Positions 58,316 to 64,000 of a DNA stretch of 64,000 nucleotides are shown here, piece after piece (position 1 is the stretch's first letter; the number at the start of each line of letters is the position of its first letter). Source of the stretch: Squalus acanthias (taxonomy: Eukaryota); assembly GCA_030390025.1 (NCBI GenBank), contig CM059425.1:171742001-171806000 (forward strand), read 5' to 3'. Below the pieces are notes generated by a model. The model ran no database searches, was not told where the DNA came from, and saw nothing but the letters and a program-made list of their open reading frames with translations. A program made the translations under genes and the position numbers.

Positions 58316-60369
58316 GACCAGCTGGCCTGTTTCTGTGTTTTAGCCTCGATGTAACTTGATGATAATGCACAGGAAGCAAAATTATATAACTTCACAGGGA
58401 GAATACCTTGTTAGATCAATTGAGATTATATAACGTGCACCTTAAAATATGCAACAACCCTCAGAGCCTTGTGTACGCAGTTGCCAATTCTACTACTGTG
58501 CTGAGGATTCTGGTTGGGTTTTTAAAAATTGAAGATTTGAAAGTCAAGACCCAATCAAAACAAGGTTTTAAAAAATGTTTTTGACAATTTTCTGTTTTAC
58601 TTTGTTTCTAATGTTATGCTTTTATGTCACAATTAGCTTATTATACTTTTCTTCAATTCCTTAAATCTTTCAGGAGGTTTCCTCCCTCCTCCATAAAACC
58701 AGAAAATCATTTTGAATGGCAATCTTTAACTTCCCTCAGTCGTGGTCCAACAGGCTGAGATCTGAACATCCATAAGCAAATCAGCTTGATAAATCGAGAT
58801 TACAGTGTATACAGCTATCTGCCACCAAATCTTACTGAAAAACGGCTAGGCTGTAATCTGCCACTAATCAGAACATGTACTTTAAAAGAAAGATGCCTTC
58901 ATTCAATTATATGGTCAGTCTTGATCGGTAGTCCCAGCTGTACTGCTCTCTTGGGCTATACATTTCAATTTCCCCCATCTCAGGAACCTTAGCACCACAG
59001 GAGGATAATAAACTTACGGAGAATGTGTCCCTCAAAACGCTACTCCTGAGTTGAACAGGTACCTTTAACGGTTCACTGAACAGATTACCCATTGCTGAAA
59101 ATTCTTGTTCAATACTTAATTTAGAAGATTTGTTAATTCCCTCCCTCCTCCTTCACCATATATTTTCACAAACTGTTTCTCCTCCTCCCTAAGCCTTCCA
59201 TGTGCCTCTGAGCATTCCCTGACTGAGTAAAGGGGCAGTCAACATGCTTCCAGTGGTTTTCTACTCCAGTGCTCACTGCTGAGAATTGCATAAAGTACCT
59301 GTCATCGGCTTGGCAACTCCCCCGACAACTTAAACTGAAATCAGGAGTTCACCATGGAGGAAAACTGTAGTGGAGAAGCTTACCCCCACCAACTCCAAAG
59401 CACAGAATATCACTGCACCAAATTCTACACAAACAGCTGATCAGATCGGCTAATTTTGTCAGGGATCAAACAGCAGAAGGATGCAGGTTGAATCACATGA
59501 TGGAACCACGCCTTCAAGGGAGGCCAGATATTTCCCAATATGGAAAAGGTGGAGGGGTGGAATACAATTCAAGGAAGAGATATCTTTAGCGGTCTGGTGT
59601 ATCTCTATGCAGACTGCTGATAGAGGATCAGGAGAAAGTGGAAGGAATGTAGTATGTAACGAGACTTTAGAAAACGCCAGCAAACAAAAAGAAACAATGT
59701 GTCATATCCGTTGGTTGTTACAGATACAGGATCTCTGTTAAAGAAATAATAAACTCCCAGACGTCGTCATACATTAATCCATTTATTTTTTGAAGATTGC
59801 AATCACTGTAATTGAAAAGGGATGGCTGTTTAAGACATCCCATTCCCCCCATCCCCCCGCCCGCGCAAACTGTAATCACTTCCAGCTGAGCTAAAGACCA
59901 AGCCATTTTACTGGTGAAAATCACTCACTCACAAGCAAGAAAAGTTCTAACATGTAAAGTGGCAGAAAGAACACTCATTCACAATAACCTCCTGAGTGCA
60001 GGAGATCATACTCAAATCAGTCCATTGGTAGAAGATACTGAAGTACAAATTATTTCACATTTCTTTCGGTCTGTGCCAAATACCATACCTTCAAAACAGT
60101 TATTCTTGCTGGACATTTATACAGATGCTCAATTATTTTATTAGCTTAATTTGATAACATTTTTTGCCTTTTCTTTAACTGGTCTGATCGATAGCACAGT
60201 CTACGGGTTCACCGCAACCAACCACAACATTTCACCTTCAAGTACTGAATATCCATTGTTCACCTTTCAAAAAAAGAAATCAACCAACATATACAACAAT
60301 AATTAGCTGTAATTGTATAATCTTACAGTAGAGAAGGAAGTCATTGTCCTTCTACCACTGTTTCTAGTA

Positions 60370-60898
60370 GGAAAAGTGTCCTACCAACTCTCTGTGTAAA
60401 ATAAATGTTCCTAATCTCCCCCATCATTCTTTTGGTAATGATCTTAAATTATGTCCTCCAGTTACCAAATCACCAATCAGTGGAGGGAGTAGTTGAGGCG
60501 AATAGTATTGATGCATTTAAGGGGAAGCTAGATAAGTTTCTGAGGGAGATGGAACAGAGGGTCATGCTGATACGGTTAAATGTGGAAGGATGGGAGGAGG
60601 CTCAAGTAGCGCATAAACACCAGCATGGACTGGTTGGGCCAAATGGCCTGTTACTGTGCTGTATATTCTATGTAATTCTATGTAAATAGCTTTTTCCTGA
60701 TTGACCTTATCAAACCGTCTCAAGTTTGAACACTTCTTATCAAATCTCCTCTTAATCTTTGTTCTACTGGCAAGAGCCCCAGTTTCTCTAGCCTCTCCTG
60801 CTAACTGAAGTCTCTCATTCCAGCTATGACCTTAGCAAATTTTTTCTGCACCCTATCTGTGGCCTTGACATCCTTCCTAAAGTAAGGTCTTTAAAACT
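60370..60898. mobile_element. Old minus-strand CR1 fragment containing a plus-strand CR1 3' end (~60485-60685)
   Basis: VVEANSIDAFKGKLDKFL and GGGCCAAATGGCCTG...TTCTATGTAATTCTATG tail embedded in antisense CR1 sequence. Confidence 0.65.
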
Positions 60899-62172
60899 GG
60901 GCGACCCAATTAAACTCATTATAATGTACTTACCAGGCCCTTAACAGGCTTTTTTAACTTACTTTTTAACTTTAACTTCATGGCCACGGGAACCACCACT
61001 GTCAACCTGAGGCAGGAGTTCTGTGGCCATTGCTCCAGCTGATTACTGGACAGCTTCAAATGTACAGTAAAAGCTCCCACCTGACAGATGATCACTTTCC
61101 TCAGGCAGAAGCTGTTGCTCAGTCCATTTCCAGCACAGATTCTGCAGGCTTTCCACTTTCCACTCTCACCTCATTGGAAGAACTCTCTCACCATTGAAAG
61201 AATGCTTCTGTCATCTCTACTTCACCTGCCATCTATTCCATCAATATGGGTGCCCTTTATACTGTCTCACCTTGATCCTCAGAATCCGACCACGATCAGC
61301 CCCAACACCACCAGCACCAACAACAACACCAAGCTTCTCCGCAATCACCTGATGCTGCACAGGACAGAGGGCTTCAGCACCCGACCACATTGCTGCTCGG
61401 GAGGCCAGGGATGGCCTCACCATGGCCAGATTTATTTCACTTGACGCTGTACACCCTGGCTGCCACATGATGCGCCAGGTTGGCACCACCCCACACCAAC
61501 CATTCCTTTCACACTCACCACCATTGCGGGGGGGGTAGTGTTGTGTCTCACCATTCACGGCAACTCACTAAGCCACTTCCAAAGGTCCACACAAATCTGT
61601 CCAAGAACGGAAAATGTTGAAAATAAAGGTTTCAATGTTTGACAGCACATTAACAGAAATTTTACATGAACATTGGATAAAACACACAAGTGGCTGCTAC
61701 CCTTGTGTGTTGTTAGTTGGTATGATTGCACTAGGATGAGGGTGAGTGTGAGGGGTGACTAATGAGATGGGGATGTGATAATGTAGATAGAGAGGGATGG
61801 GTGGAGGTGCAAGATAAGTTTGTGTGAGTAAGGATGTGCAGGAGCAGAGCAGCGAAGGCAGAGTGATGGGGATGTGATAAGAGGCACAGGAGCATGAAGG
61901 TGAGTGTGGCTTTGTACTAATGTTTCGTGATCTAATGTGATCATTGAAAGGTTTGCGCCACTGCACCCAGGTCCTCCTGACCACATCCCTGCCTGTGACC
62001 TCCTCTGCAATGTGCAACCAGGCTGTTTGGATCTTTTCCGCCCATGGGCAGGGAAGAGGGCCTCCCTACGTGTTGTGACTCCCTCCATAAGCATATGGAG
62101 GGAGTCATGGGAGAGCCTGGGTGCAGCCGTGCACCTCTGTGCAGTGACTGTCAGTGTTTGCAGCACCTCAAT
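60899..62172. mobile_element. Truncated third copy (C) of the Myb-bearing Harbinger family
   Basis: Collinear with ~43185-44520; ORFs 61759-62166 and 61697-62017 give AAPRLSHDSLHMLMEGVTTRREALFP / LHIAEEVTGRDVVRRTWVQWRKPFND; TIRs lost. Confidence 0.85.
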
Positions 62173-62310
62173 GAGCTGAGGCAGGGGCGGAGACGGGCGA
62201 TGTTACGGAGGTGGAAATAGGCATTCTTAGTTATGCTGTGGATATGTGGTCGGAAGCTCATTTCACGGTCAAATATGACACCAAGGTTGTGAACAGCGTG
62301 GTTCAGCCTC
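62173..62310 (-). mobile_element. L2 fragment
   Basis: Matches 24450-24590. Confidence 0.8.
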
Positions 62311-62462
62311 ATAAAGAGAATAGTTAATAGTGAGAATGGTCACCAGCCAATAGCCTAACTGATGACATCATAAGCCATAAGATTGAAACTTCAGCAGAGT
62401 ATAACAAGCATGAATCTGAGATGGCATAAGCATCCTTTAAACTTCCACACTTAAATACATAT

Positions 62463-63040
62463 AGACTTTATAAATCACTGGTTAGGCCTCAGCTGGAGTA
62501 TTGTGGACAATTCTGGGCACCACACTTCAGTAAAGATGTAAAGGCCTTAGAAAAGGTAGAGAGGAGGTTTACCAGGACGTTACCAGGGACGAGGGACTTC
62601 AGTTACGAGGAGAGGTTGGAAAAGTTAGGACTGTTCTCCTTGGAACAGAGAAGGTTAAGAGGTGACCTAATAGAGGTTTTCAAGATGATGAGGGGTTTTG
62701 ACAAAGTAGATAGAGAAAAATTATTCCCTCTGGTGAGTGGGTCAACAACTGGAAGTCATAGATTCAAATTCATTGCCAAACGTCCTAGAGGAGAGATGAG
62801 GAGAAATGTTTTCACTCAGAGAATGTCGGGATCTGCAACACTCTATCTGAAAAGGTGATGGAAGTTGATTCCATATGTAATTTCAAAAGGGAGTTGGACA
62901 GGTATTTGAGAATGAGGAACTTAAAGGGTTACGGACAAAAAGCGGGGATGTGAGACTAAGCACGACTGCTCTTTCAAAGAGCCAGCACAGGCACGATGGG
63001 CCGGATGGCCTTCTATGCTGTAAGTTTCTATGATTCTATA
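62463..63040 (+). mobile_element. CR1 3' fragment
   Basis: LYKSLVRPQLEYCGQFWAP...LFSLEQRRLRGDLIEVFK; TTCTATGATTCTAT tail. Confidence 0.88.
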
Positions 63041-63274
63041 TACCAAGTACAACGATTACCGAGTGGTTTTATTCAATTGTGCATCCAGGTTTCACCAATA
63101 GTGGCTGTCACAGTGGACACCAAAGGGCTTCACACCATAGTTGCACGATGGCATCTAAACTGAATAACTGAATGAGAAATAATTAACAGTTGGATTTCTT
63201 GAAATAATGCATCCCATGAATGTGATAAGGGAGAATAAGGGTCAGAACATTACGTTGAGTGAGCCTTTGCCCTA

Positions 63275-64000
63275 GTGGTAATTATAGAGGTGTTTCCCTG
63301 CTGTCTGTCACAGGGAAAGTCATCGCAAGAATCCTCCTCAATCGCCCTCTCCCAGTGGCCGAAGAGCTCCTCCCAGAGTCGCAATGCGGATTCCGCCCAC
63401 TAAGGGGCACAATAGACATGATCTTCACCGCGCGTCAATTACAAGAGAAATGCAGGAAACAGCACCAACCGCTGTACATGGCCTTCTTTGATCTCACAAA
63501 GGCCTTCGACACTGTCAACCGTGAGGGATTATGGAGTGTCCTCCTCAAATTCGGCTGCCCTCAAAAGTTTGTCACCATCCCCCGCCTGCTTCACGACGAC
63601 ATGCAAGCCGTGATCCTGACCAATGGTTCCACCACAGACCCAATTCACGTACGGACCGGGGTCAAGCAAGGCTGTGTCATCGCACCAACGCTCTTCTTGA
63701 TCTTCCTTGCTGCAATGCTCCATCTCACCCTCAATAAGCTCCCCGCTGGAGTGGAGCTAATTTACAGAACAAACGGGAAACTGTTCTAGCTCTGTCGCCT
63801 CCAGTCCAGATCCAAGGTCGTCCCATCCTCTGTCGTCGAATTACAGTATGCAGACAACATTTGCGTCTGCGCTCACTTAGAGGTCGAACTCCAAACCATC
63901 GTCAACACCTTCACCGAAGCGTACGAGAGCATGGGCCTTACACTAAACATCCGTAAGACAAAGGCCCTCTACCAACCTGCCCCCGCCACACAGTACTGCC
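63275..64000 (+). mobile_element. RTE-clade (BovB-like) LINE RT fragment, running off the window
   Basis: GNYRGVSLLSVTGKVIARILL...ESQCGFR...DMIFTARQLQEKC...DLTKAFDTV...GVKQGCVIAPTLF; stop at 63787; then ELQYADN. Confidence 0.88.

Overview
Non-genic-looking, transposon-saturated vertebrate DNA. The repeat inventory (CR1/HER1-type LINEs with TTCTATGT-like tails, L2 LINEs, Deu-domain SINEs, a Penelope-type 3' end and Harbinger derivatives) suggests a cartilaginous fish; that assignment is inference. No host protein-coding gene could be identified, only weak minus-strand exon candidates. Best-supported elements: (1) a complete Ty3/Gypsy LTR retrotransposon at 37380-41806 (-) with identical 194-bp LTRs, a GGACT TSD, one internal frameshift and no tRNA primer-binding site, but an 11-nt LTR-complementary segment suggesting self-priming; (2) a 485-bp Penelope-like insertion at 52576-53060 with a 12-bp TSD that is almost entirely one 430-bp hairpin carrying a minimal hammerhead-ribozyme motif in each arm; (3) a 1.6-kb TG...CA solo-LTR-like element at 4297-5920 with a GGAG TSD; (4) three related PIF/Harbinger-type non-autonomous elements (two complete, ~1.75 kb) retaining only a Myb/SANT remnant, plus several Harbinger, hAT and Tc1/mariner MITEs; (5) a 34-bp minisatellite interrupted by a hAT MITE; (6) many nested CR1, L2 and RTE fragments. 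Coordinates of degraded repeats are approximate, and all alignments were done by eye.
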